DNA of 64,000 nt from a virus, in IMG/VR virus record IMGVR_UViG_3300034104_006814, positions 7,108 through 71,107 of that record. One strand, written 5' to 3'. The stretch's first letter is position 1. The number at the start of each line of letters is the position of its first letter. Positions 56,261-63,936 of the stretch are shown here, one piece after another. Position numbers and translations under genes: made by a program. The notes under the pieces were generated by a model that worked only from the letters and a program-made list of their open reading frames with translations, was not told where the DNA came from and ran no database searches.

Positions 56261-57028
56261 TTACTCAGCCGCCGCAAGTTCCTCAACGTCAACCGCTTCC
56301 ACCTCGATCACGCTGGAGTGACCCGCCCGCGTATCGAACAGGGACTGCATAACCATCGTCCGCGCAGGGAGTTTGGTCAGGTCAGAACCCTTGAGGTTCT
56401 CGGTGACCGCGTTGTACAAGTTCCACAACGTAGGGCTGTTGAACTCGGGATGGCGCGGAGCCTTGAACTCTTGGATGACGGGGAACAGGTCGCGAGCGGG
56501 AAGTGCCTTGCTTTCAGCGAGTTGCACCGCGAGGGCGCACGCATCGTTGAATCCGATCTCGGTTTGCTGATAGCGGTTGATCCGCGTTTCCATGTCAGTC
56601 CAGTGCGAGAGCAAACGCCCGATTGCTTCACTCAGCACGCGGGGAATGTCGCGGAGGATGTTCGTCGTGTGACGACGGGCGAGCTTGATGTCTGATGAGA
56701 AACAGAGGTTCTCACAAACGATCATGCGGTTGCCCACACAAATCGAAGCGGCGAAGGTGCGGTCGTGCGAGTTGCGCAATCCCAGAACGAGCTTGCGTTC
56801 GCTGCTGTTGATGTCAGGCCCAGCGATCTGGAACCCGCCGAAGTACCGCTGGCCGAAGCGGGCGAGAGCGTGCTTCTCTTCAGTGACGGAGTAGCCCGCA
56901 CGATCCAGAGCTTCCAAGGTCTGATCGACCAGAAAGGAATGTGCGATGGGCGTGAAGGAATCGGTCGCATCAGGCGTGCGGACGGTGGCGAGTTCTTCAC
57001 GGGTGACGAGGTTTTTTGCAATGATCAT
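56261..57028 (-). CDS. DUF932/DUF945 family protein
   Basis: PIAH, LGLRNSHDRTFA...G.RMIVCENL, TLWNLYNAVTE. Confidence 0.85.
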   Translation of the reverse strand: MIIAKNLVTREELATVRTPDATDSFTPIAHSFLVDQTLEALDRAGYSVTEEKHALARFGQRYFGGFQIAGPDINSSERKLVLGLRNSHDRTFAASICVGNRMIVCENLCFSSDIKLARRHTTNILRDIPRVLSEAIGRLLSHWTDMETRINRYQQTEIGFNDACALAVQLAESKALPARDLFPVIQEFKAPRHPEFNSPTLWNLYNAVTENLKGSDLTKLPARTMVMQSLFDTRAGHSSVIEVEAVDVEELAAAE

Positions 57029-57214
57029 GGTGTGATGATGTTGATGGTTTGAACTAACGATGAAAACAATACCACAACCAAAGCGGAGTTCAACGGTTTT
57101 TTTTGATTTTGTTCATCTTTTTCAATACAAGACCCATGCCAAGCGCAAATATTTTTGCGCTTGGACGTAATAGTGCTTGACGGCCCAGGCCAGGGGGGCC
57201 CCTGGCGTCAACGG

Positions 57215-57240
57215 AAAAACCCCGCTTTCGCGGGGTTTTT
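57215..57240 (-). terminator. intrinsic terminator (bidirectional-looking)
   Basis: AAAAACCCCGC-GAAA-GCGGGGTTTTT. Confidence 0.85.
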
Positions 57241-57304
57241 AATCCTTTCTATCTCTTTGATGCTGTGACCATTGCGCACAGCACCAACACGCTGATGATC
57301 AGGA

Positions 57305-58009
57305 TCATAGAACGTGAAGCACAAAGCCAGTTTCGTCTTGCTTTGCTGGCCCCTTTGCACGCAGGCCAACGATCACACCTTTCTTGTCTAGAAAGCGGAG
57401 GTCGTGCTTGTCTCCGTCAATTACTTCGCGCCCCTTGTATTCTGAGGGCAAGTCAAATCCTTTTTTCGTGCTGAACACGGCTGCAACATTATGCCCAGCA
57501 TTCAATGCTAATGCGCAGTGAACATGATTGAGCGCAGTTTCACTGCGTGAAAAAGTCAAGTGATAATTTGGGATTCCGTGAGACAAACGAGAAAACGATT
57601 TCGTGTAGTCGTAGAATTGGCTATTGGGGAATTGCTCAAAAACTGTCTTGCCATTATGGCGAATGCGTTCCCACTTGATGTCACTGGTGAGATTGAGTCG
57701 AAAGCAAGGAATCAAACCTTTTTTCTCACAATAGTTTATTGCTTTCTGAATCTCGGAAAACAGATTCTCCATAAAGGTGGAGATGTTCGCGAAAAATGAT
57801 TTTGTCTTTTCAATTCTTGCCTCTTTGACGTTTCCCTGTTGTCCGCGTCCAGCAAAGTCAAGACACGATTGCTTGCAACCCTCGGAAGCATCGGGGCAAA
57901 CGTCAAACCCTGACAGGTCGCTATGCGCGAAGTGTATGCCATAGGTCAGGTAACCAAGCGCAAGCGCTTTTTTGATCTTATCGTTTTGGGTGGTCAAGAT
58001 TTTCTGCAT
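57305..58009 (-). CDS. gene-product-88-like protein (radical-SAM-related)
   Basis: VCPDASEGCKQSCL...GRG, RLNLTSDI.WE, QFYDYTK, YHLTFS.SE, IDGDKHDLRFLD, GLRAKG; start moved to 58009. Confidence 0.8.
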   Translation of the reverse strand: MQKILTTQNDKIKKALALGYLTYGIHFAHSDLSGFDVCPDASEGCKQSCLDFAGRGQQGNVKEARIEKTKSFFANISTFMENLFSEIQKAINYCEKKGLIPCFRLNLTSDIKWERIRHNGKTVFEQFPNSQFYDYTKSFSRLSHGIPNYHLTFSRSETALNHVHCALALNAGHNVAAVFSTKKGFDLPSEYKGREVIDGDKHDLRFLDKKGVIVGLRAKGPAKQDETGFVLHVL

Positions 58010-58162
58010 GAAAAGAAGATACCAAAAAAGCAGAGAAGCGCAACAAAAAAGAATAAAAAAAGAACAAACTATTACGCACCTTGTGCGTAATAGTGCTTGA
58101 CACGCCCCCCAGGGGCACCCCTGGCTCCACAACCCTTTCGGGCTGTGGAGGTTGGGATTCAG

Positions 58163-58390
58163 CTAGACATATTCTAGCGCAATAGCTAACAGACTAAGCG
58201 CATTGTTTACATCTAAAACAACGTCTTTTTCCACTTTGCCATTGATTGCGGAAGTGTATCGCACATTAGGGAAGTCGAGCTTGTGAAACTTCAGAACCAT
58301 AATCGTGTCTTTGACTTTTTTCTGAAGAATGATGCTGGTAGATTCGATGAGCATGTTCGCTGCCTGCTTGAGGGTGTCTTTCTTTGCCAT
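58163..58390 (-). CDS. hypothetical protein
   Basis: MAKKDTLKQ; ATG 6 nt after -10. Confidence 0.7.
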   Translation of the reverse strand: MAKKDTLKQAANMLIESTSIILQKKVKDTIMVLKFHKLDFPNVRYTSAINGKVEKDVVLDVNNALSLLAIALEYV

Positions 58391-58539
58391 ACAAAAAAGA
58401 TAGCACAACTAGACCGCAGCACAATAAAAAAGAATAAATATTACGCACTTTGTGCGTAATAGACATAATGCGCGCCAGGGGCACCCCTGGTTGCAAACGC
58501 CCCACAACCCTTTCGGGCTGTGGGGGTTAGCTTTACCCA

Positions 58540-58824
58540 CTACTGAATGGAAATTGCTTCCCAGTTCTTTGCTTTCACTTCTCTGATGTTAGCAAGATAC
58601 AAAGTGCGGTAACCGAAGTTTGTTCTGTCTCCATCTTTGCTCACAGCATAGAGCGTGACAGTTCCCTTGGGCGCATAATTCGTGCCACCTTTAAGATCCT
58701 TCTTTACTCCAGTGCGCACTACATAACGCGAGACATCACCCAGCTTGTTCCTGTAAAGAACAGAAAAGAACTTGCCTTTGGTGGAGTCAATGATTTGTTG
58801 TTTTGTTTTGTTGAAGTTATCCAT
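58540..58824 (-). CDS. WYL_2/SH3-like fold phage protein
   Basis: GKFFSVLYRNKLGDVSR...RTGVKKDLKGG...GYRTL. Confidence 0.65.
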   Translation of the reverse strand: MDNFNKTKQQIIDSTKGKFFSVLYRNKLGDVSRYVVRTGVKKDLKGGTNYAPKGTVTLYAVSKDGDRTNFGYRTLYLANIREVKAKNWEAISIQ

Positions 58825-58887
58825 ATTGTTTAGATTTTGCAGATTGGGTGTAGATCATCTCTTGCCATCAACTCTTCTTCAGTCATA

Positions 58888-59133
58888 TTACCAAACTGTT
58901 GATTCAATTTCCTGAGCGTGTTCTGTGCGGATTTCAGCGATCCAAGCGAAATGCTCAAGAGCTTTTTCGGTTGTTCTGATATTTTCTTTGTTCAATTCAT
59001 CATAGATCTCTTTTCGAGTCCAGCACTCAACAATCTCTTGCCAACCATAAGAATCATGATATGAGGCTTTCGCAAGAAACTGTACAGCTTCAACAAGGTT
59101 CAGTAGCAAGTGGGTTTCGTCAATGGGATTCAT
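58888..59133 (-). CDS. hypothetical protein
   Basis: YGWQEIVECWTRKEI. Confidence 0.7.
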   Translation of the reverse strand: MNPIDETHLLLNLVEAVQFLAKASYHDSYGWQEIVECWTRKEIYDELNKENIRTTEKALEHFAWIAEIRTEHAQEIESTVW

Positions 59134-59252
59134 ATTGGACTTTCATTAAAGCATGAGAGCAGCAAGAGAGCAAATAAAAAAGACAAATATTACGCACTTT
59201 GTGCGTAATAGACATAATGCGGGCCAGGGGCACCCCTGGATATAAAAGGAAT

Positions 59253-59280
59253 AAAAAACCCCGCCTTTCGGCGGGGTTTT
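59253..59280 (-). terminator. intrinsic terminator
   Basis: AAAACCCCGCC-GAAA-GGCGGGGTTTTTT. Confidence 0.88.
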
Positions 59281-59295
59281 CCTTGACTTGGTCAA

Positions 59296-59553
59296 CTAGA
59301 CACTTGCCACACTGTGATCGAGTTTCAGGAGTTCAGGTGATGGGTCGAGATACCAAGTCTTGCTTCTACCCTTTGAGTCAAGCTCATTGAGTGAGAAAAA
59401 TGAATTGTCGGCAGAACCGATAGTGCAGGGAAAATACTTGAGCGTAGCTCCTTTCGACAGCTTCCTCTTGATATTGTCAAGAGAAATGTGGAAGTTTTTG
59501 TAGATCACGCTGTTCGTGGTGGTGTGGGCAACTTTGATTGTCGGTGTCTTCAT
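59296..59553 (-). CDS. hypothetical protein, paralogue of 61215-61451
   Basis: MKTPTIKVAH...PSPELLKLDH. Confidence 0.8.
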   Translation of the reverse strand: MKTPTIKVAHTTTNSVIYKNFHISLDNIKRKLSKGATLKYFPCTIGSADNSFFSLNELDSKGRSKTWYLDPSPELLKLDHSVASV

Positions 59554-59705
59554 AACGTAGAGAATATTGCCATAACTATGGAAAGATACAAACAAAAAAG
59601 AAGAAAAAAACAAAGATTACGCACTTTGTGCGTAATAGGCATGATGCGCGCCAGGGGTAGCCCTGGCCCCACAACCCTTTCGGGCTGTGGGGTTTACGCT
59701 GTCCA

Positions 59706-59963
59706 CTAAACTAGCGGAGTGGCTTTCGATGGGATGAACAGCCTGCCTCTGTAGAGGTGCTCTTGAGCGATGTTGTCCCAACCGAATACTTCGTAGGATT
59801 CGCCACTTTTGTGACGCTGGATGACGCGATTATCTGGCAACATACAGTCGTGCAGAGTGGTTGCGAAAACAGGAACCATGCCATCTTCGCAATCAAACCA
59901 TGCATAGAGGTTCTCACTGAAGATGGTATTTTTCCACTGAATCATGATGGTGTCTTTAGGCAT
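59706..59963 (-). CDS. hypothetical protein
   Basis: ATG 6 nt after TATACT. Confidence 0.75.
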   Translation of the reverse strand: MPKDTIMIQWKNTIFSENLYAWFDCEDGMVPVFATTLHDCMLPDNRVIQRHKSGESYEVFGWDNIAQEHLYRGRLFIPSKATPLV

Positions 59964-59983
59964 ACAAACAGTATAGCACAGTT

Positions 59984-60247
59984 TTACTCGGAATCAACAA
60001 AACCTTCCGCAATTTCTTTCCAATCAACCTTCGTGAGGAACTGATTCATCACACAAGCTGCAAGATCTGAAAGAGTATGCATTTCAAATTCTATTTCCGA
60101 AACTATGCTTTCGAATGCTTCCGCAAGCTCATCAATTGAGCGATAGTGGTTTTCATTTGCAATGTTTTGGAAAGTGTCCTCATAGGTGAGGCGCGTGTTC
60201 CAAGTTTCCCAGTTTTTCCAGCCGTTGTATTTAGCGTTGTCTGTCAT
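59984..60247 (-). CDS. hypothetical phage protein (YNGW.NWETW family)
   Basis: YNGWKNWETW...VDWKEIA. Confidence 0.8.
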   Translation of the reverse strand: MTDNAKYNGWKNWETWNTRLTYEDTFQNIANENHYRSIDELAEAFESIVSEIEFEMHTLSDLAACVMNQFLTKVDWKEIAEGFVDSE

Positions 60248-60273
60248 ATAAGCAATTTAGTTGATGTTCGCGG

Positions 60274-60393
60274 TTAGTCAATTATTTTCATGATTAAATC
60301 TTGGATTAGTGCAACTAATCCAAAAATGCCTAGCGATAAGAAACCCGCTAGAAAGAAGTTGAAGAAGAGTTCGAAGCCAGAGAGTAAATCCAT
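60274..60393 (-). CDS. 39-aa single-TM peptide (not in ORF track)
   Basis: MDLLSGFELFFNFFLAGFLSLGIFGLVALIQDLIMKIID behind TTGATT-16-TAAAGT. Confidence 0.6.
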   Translation of the reverse strand: MDLLSGFELFFNFFLAGFLSLGIFGLVALIQDLIMKIID

Positions 60394-60549
60394 ATTTGTC
60401 ACACGCGAACTTTACACCCAACAGAGTAGAAATCAAATAAAAAACATAAATATTACGCACTTTGTGCGTAATAGCCATGATGCGCGCCAGGGGCACCCCT
60501 GGGGGTTCGCCCCACAACCCTCTCGGGTTGTGGGACTTAGGTTCGCCTC

Positions 60550-60762
60550 TTACTTTGCCTGCTTGATGCCTGCTTCAATTAGCATTTCATCGAACTGACT
60601 CAGGACTTTGAGCTTGCTGCCCTTCAGGGCGAACTCTTTCTTGATCTGCGCATATGCAGAACATCCCTTAATGGGATAGATCCCTTTGGTTTCGAGCTTC
60701 AGGGCGCTTGCCAGCATCAGGAGGCGATAAGCGGAGATTTGTTCGGGTGTGTTAAATGTCAT
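60550..60762 (-). CDS. hypothetical phage protein
   Basis: LASALKLETKG...SAYAQIKKEFALKGSK. Confidence 0.75.
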   Translation of the reverse strand: MTFNTPEQISAYRLLMLASALKLETKGIYPIKGCSAYAQIKKEFALKGSKLKVLSQFDEMLIEAGIKQAK

Positions 60763-61019
60763 ATGTTGTGGATGTTGACGTTGTTGATTGCGCAGTAGTC
60801 CAGAGCTTTCTGGATGTCTTCTTGGTTGTTCAGGAAGTAGGTGGTGTGCCCCTCCTGAAGCGGATGTTCGATGTTCAGGCTAATGCACCGCTCACCATTA
60901 GGCAAGTTAAATGATGCTGCACTAATTACCTTGCGGTAAGAAGTGTCAACAGTAACCTTGCTGTTGATTTCGTTGCGGATGTAGGTGGTGGAGAACGTGG
61001 GTTTCAGTGTCAATTTCAT
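60759..61019 (-). CDS. hypothetical protein
   Basis: Behind TTGCAA-16-TATCTT. Confidence 0.7.
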   Translation of the reverse strand: MKLTLKPTFSTTYIRNEINSKVTVDTSYRKVISAASFNLPNGERCISLNIEHPLQEGHTTYFLNNQEDIQKALDYCAINNVNIHNI

Positions 61020-61168
61020 TGCTTAGGTAAGATATCAAATCCCCGACGCTTTGCAATTAAAAATGACTAAAAAACAAAAACAATTTCCGTGCCAACCCAA
61101 ACATTAATCAAGCGCTATGTAATAGTGCTTGACATCGGCCCCAGGGGTGCCCCTGGCATATGCGCAAT

Positions 61169-61196
61169 AAAAAACCCCGCCTTTCAGCGGGGTTTT
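61169..61196 (-). terminator. intrinsic terminator
   Basis: AAAACCCCGCT-GAAA-GGCGGGGTTTTTT. Confidence 0.88.
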
Positions 61197-61214
61197 GTTG
61201 TCGATTGCTCTTGA

Positions 61215-61451
61215 CTACTTCCAGAAGTCGTGTTCGAGCTTCGAGAGTTCAGGGGATGGCTCAAAGAACCAATTCCTATAGCGCCCTTTCTTATCCCGCT
61301 CTTTCAGGACGAAGAACGGCAGGTTCCCCATATAGTGCGAGAGCTTCGCACCTTTTTCGATTTTCTTCTTGATCTTGTCGATGGAAAAACGCAGGTGCGT
61401 GTAGATCGTGTCGTTGTTGGAGTGCGTGACCTTAATGGTTGGTTTCTTCAT
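61215..61451 (-). CDS. hypothetical protein, paralogue of 59296-59553
   Basis: MKKPTIKVTH...PSPELSKLEH. Confidence 0.8.
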   Translation of the reverse strand: MKKPTIKVTHSNNDTIYTHLRFSIDKIKKKIEKGAKLSHYMGNLPFFVLKERDKKGRYRNWFFEPSPELSKLEHDFWK

Positions 61452-61593
61452 AACGGAATTGAATGTATCACAGGCTAACGCATAGGCAAATAAAAAAGAC
61501 AAATATTACGCACTTTGTGCGTAATAGGCATAATGTGGCCAGGGGTAGCCCTGGCCCCACAACCCTTTCGGGCTGTGGGGTTTACGCTTGAGG

Positions 61594-62058
61594 CTAGGCG
61601 TGAGTCGCACGCTCGAAGCGTGATGCAGATTCCTCAATTAGCTCTTCGCGCATTGCTTCGATTGCCATTGCAATCTTGGCTAAGTCGTCTGCGTTGAGAC
61701 ACTTATCACGAATCTCTCTGATTATGTTATCTGAGTGGTTGGTTGGCTTGCGGTTAGAAAACTTCATGACTTCATGAGCTTCGATGAAGCAAGCGACCTG
61801 CATTTGTCCAGACAATTTGCGAAGCGTCTTTTCTTTGTAGTCCAAAGCAAAAATGCAAATCGTCCAATTCAGCGCGGGCGCGGGCGAATAAATCTCCACT
61901 CCGTATCCGTTCGGGAACTCGTACAGATAAGAGTTGAGATTGAGGTCTTTCACGCGGAAGCTGTCTAGCTTCGCATTGTTTTCCTCATTAAGCAATTCGC
62001 TGTACTGCGAAGGAAGGCTTTCAACATACTGGGCAATCTGCTCAATCGTGTATTTCAT
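61594..62058 (-). CDS. hypothetical protein
   Basis: YEFPNGYGV; C-terminal NADDLAKIAMAIEAMREEL. Confidence 0.75.
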   Translation of the reverse strand: MKYTIEQIAQYVESLPSQYSELLNEENNAKLDSFRVKDLNLNSYLYEFPNGYGVEIYSPAPALNWTICIFALDYKEKTLRKLSGQMQVACFIEAHEVMKFSNRKPTNHSDNIIREIRDKCLNADDLAKIAMAIEAMREELIEESASRFERATHA

Positions 62059-62214
62059 GGCGCAGTCAATATAGCATACAACGCAGCAAAAGATACATAA
62101 AAAAATGAAATATTACGCACTTTGTGCGTAATAGGCATATTGCGCGCCAGGGGCACCCCTGGGGGCAAACGCCCCACAACCCTCTCGGGTTGTGGGGGTT
62201 GCATGGGGAGGAAG

Positions 62215-62409
62215 CTACTCCGCGAACATCGCTTTCCACTCTTCGGGCGTGATGCCCGTCTTCAGGAACTCCCGCTGGTCAGGAGTCAAGTTGGGGAATG
62301 CGTTCTGGATCAGAGCGCCGTTTTGCCATGCGGCGATCTGCTCCTCCGTGATGGGGAGGTCGAGCGAGTGAACCTTGTTGGTTGCGAGGGAGGTGCGGGT
62401 GATGATCAT
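62215..62409 (-). CDS. hypothetical phage protein
   Basis: MIITRTS...LIQNAFPNLTPDQREFLKTGITPEEW. Confidence 0.8.
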   Translation of the reverse strand: MIITRTSLATNKVHSLDLPITEEQIAAWQNGALIQNAFPNLTPDQREFLKTGITPEEWKAMFAE

Positions 62410-62410
62410 A

Positions 62411-62536
62411 TTAGTCGATGAGGTTGGTGATGGTGTAAGCGAGCAGAGAGAGAATCGCAGTAATCGGTACAAAAGTAAAGAAAATCTTCGTGAAAACCTG
62501 AAGCACAATAATCATTTCGTAATTAGCATTTAGCAT
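62411..62536 (-). CDS. 41-aa single-TM peptide
   Basis: MLNANYEMIIVLQVFTKIFFTFVPITAILSLLAYTITNLID; ATG 6 nt after TATAGT. Confidence 0.6.
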   Translation of the reverse strand: MLNANYEMIIVLQVFTKIFFTFVPITAILSLLAYTITNLID

Positions 62537-62700
62537 GTCCGAACTATACCGCATGACGCTTAAAAAACAATTAAAAAACAAAACAATTTCCGTGCCAAAC
62601 CCAAACATTTCTCAAGCACTATGTAATAGTGCTTGACGGCCCAGGCCAGGGGCACCCCTGGCCCCACAACCCTTTCGGGCTGTGGGGGTTAGGTGGGATG

Positions 62701-62976
62701 CTAGTCCATCCCGAAGCACTCCGTCTGCGACTCCCAGAAGGAGTCGAGGAAGCGGTCTTCTCTGTCGCACTCCGCGTCAAGCGCGATAAACTCATCGCGC
62801 TCAAACCGCTCAACCTGAGCGAGTTCCTCATCCACTTCAGCTTGGCGATCCTGAAGGGTGAACTCGATCTGGGTTGCGAGCGAGGCGAGCGCGGCGAGCT
62901 GGTCGTTCGTGAGCGCGGACGCGGGGGTTTCTTTGATGGCGGCGACGAGGGCGAGGATGTGAGCGGAATTAACCAT
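62701..62976 (-). CDS. acidic helical hypothetical protein
   Basis: ATG 6 nt after TACATT; ends LDSFWESQTECFGMD. Confidence 0.75.
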   Translation of the reverse strand: MVNSAHILALVAAIKETPASALTNDQLAALASLATQIEFTLQDRQAEVDEELAQVERFERDEFIALDAECDREDRFLDSFWESQTECFGMD

Positions 62977-63132
62977 GCCCAAAATGTACCGCATTTCAGA
63001 AAAGAGCGCAATAAAAATTAAAAACAATTCCTATGCCAAACGCAAAATTTTTGCGTTTGGGCGTAATAGTGCTTGACACGCGGCCAGGGGCGGCCCTGGC
63101 CCCACAACCCTTTCGGGCTGTGGGGTTTACGA

Positions 63133-63390
63133 TTACTCGTAGTCTTCGTCCGTGCCCCAGCCCGCGCTCGCAAGCCACTCCGCGTCCGCGCCGTCATCGG
63201 ACGGCTCGCCGTCGTCGATGCACCCGTCGTTGCAGCCGTCGCAACCGCCGTCGCAACCGTCGCAACGGTCGTCGGGCGCGGCCTCCGCAAGCTCCTCGCG
63301 CATGGCCTCGACGGCCATCGCGACCTGCGCGAGGCAGTCGGCGTTCATGTGGTTTGCGCGGATGAGGGAGATCAGTTCGTTCGTGGTCAT
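63133..63390 (-). CDS. very acidic Cys-rich small protein
   Basis: CDGCDGGCDGCNDGC...DAEWLASAGWGTDEDYE; ATG 6 nt after TACAAT. Confidence 0.8.
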   Translation of the reverse strand: MTTNELISLIRANHMNADCLAQVAMAVEAMREELAEAAPDDRCDGCDGGCDGCNDGCIDDGEPSDDGADAEWLASAGWGTDEDYE

Positions 63391-63547
63391 GTGGCAATTG
63401 TACCAAAAAAACTGTGTTTTGCAATATGCTATTTTCATGCCAACCAAAACTAAAAATTTCACTAAATCAGCGTAATAGAGCTTGACACGCTGCCAGGGGC
63501 AGCCCTGGCCCCACAACCCTTTCGGGCTGTGGGACTTAGGCTCGCGC

Positions 63548-63784
63548 CTACATGAGCTGCAACTCGCCCTCAAACCCCTGCGCGACAAGGGTGCCACCCT
63601 TGTACACCCACACCCAACAGTCGGCCCAGTTCGTGGCCGTACTCCGCTCGTACTGATCCCACGCCTGCGCGCTCGCGCAGGCCATAGCCTTCGAGAGGCT
63701 ACGGCTCATCCCGCGCCCGTGCGGGTGGACGCCCTCCCTGTTGGTGAAGATCGCGTAGCGGACAGTGAAGAAGTTCGTAGTCAT
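63548..63784 (-). CDS. hypothetical protein
   Basis: ATG 6 nt after TATAAT. Confidence 0.75.
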   Translation of the reverse strand: MTTNFFTVRYAIFTNREGVHPHGRGMSRSLSKAMACASAQAWDQYERSTATNWADCWVWVYKGGTLVAQGFEGELQLM

Positions 63785-63936
63785 GCGGTAATTATAGCAA
63801 ACAAACTGTGTTTTGCAATATGCTATTTTCATGCCAACTAAAACTAAAAATTTCATCAAATGTGCGTAATAGTGCTTGACAGCGGCCAGGGGCACCCCTG
63901 GGCGCTTGTCAAGTATTTTTTCTGTTTTTTTTGCAC

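Larger units (their letters stand above)
58070..62133. promoter_or_regulatory. operator-like palindrome TATTACGCAC-N3-GTGCGTAATA, 7 copies
   Basis: 58070, 58439, 59188, 59616, 60451, 61504, 62111; each just upstream of a minus-strand promoter. Confidence 0.8.
50876..63901. repeat. dispersed 16-bp palindrome CCAGGG-N4-CCCTGG, 18 copies
   Basis: Starts at 50876, 52387, 54150, 55097, 56160, 57190, 58109, 58475, 59224, 59651, 60487, 61141, 61539, 62147, 62646, 63084, 63493, 63886; all intergenic. Confidence 0.97.

Noticed and set aside
56198-57052. Several + strand ORFs over the DUF932 gene and similar shadows at 62.1-63.8 kb
   Set aside because: Antisense open frames expected in GC-rich coding DNA; the minus-strand genes have motifs and promoters.
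58500-62700. Classical integron attC sites (ACCTAAC after the stop near 62690)
   Set aside because: RYYYAAC is not conserved across junctions, there is no matching GTTRRRY box and no integrase in the window. Cassettes also carry their own promoters.
57305-63895. ORF-track proteins sharing GQGCPW, PGVPLA or MCVIG...ARG peptides
   Set aside because: These are translations of the intergenic repeat, not a protein family; real starts lie just behind the promoters.
50876-63901. CRISPR array interpretation of the repeated palindrome
   Set aside because: Spacing is hundreds to thousands of bp and contains whole genes; no constant-length spacers and no cas genes.
50876-63901. Palindrome as paired Dcm/EcoRII (CCWGG) sites in a genome that otherwise avoids them
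   Set aside because: CCWGG also occurs in ordinary coding sequence (e.g. near 935 and 1820), so avoidance is not evident; conservation extends beyond CCWGG.
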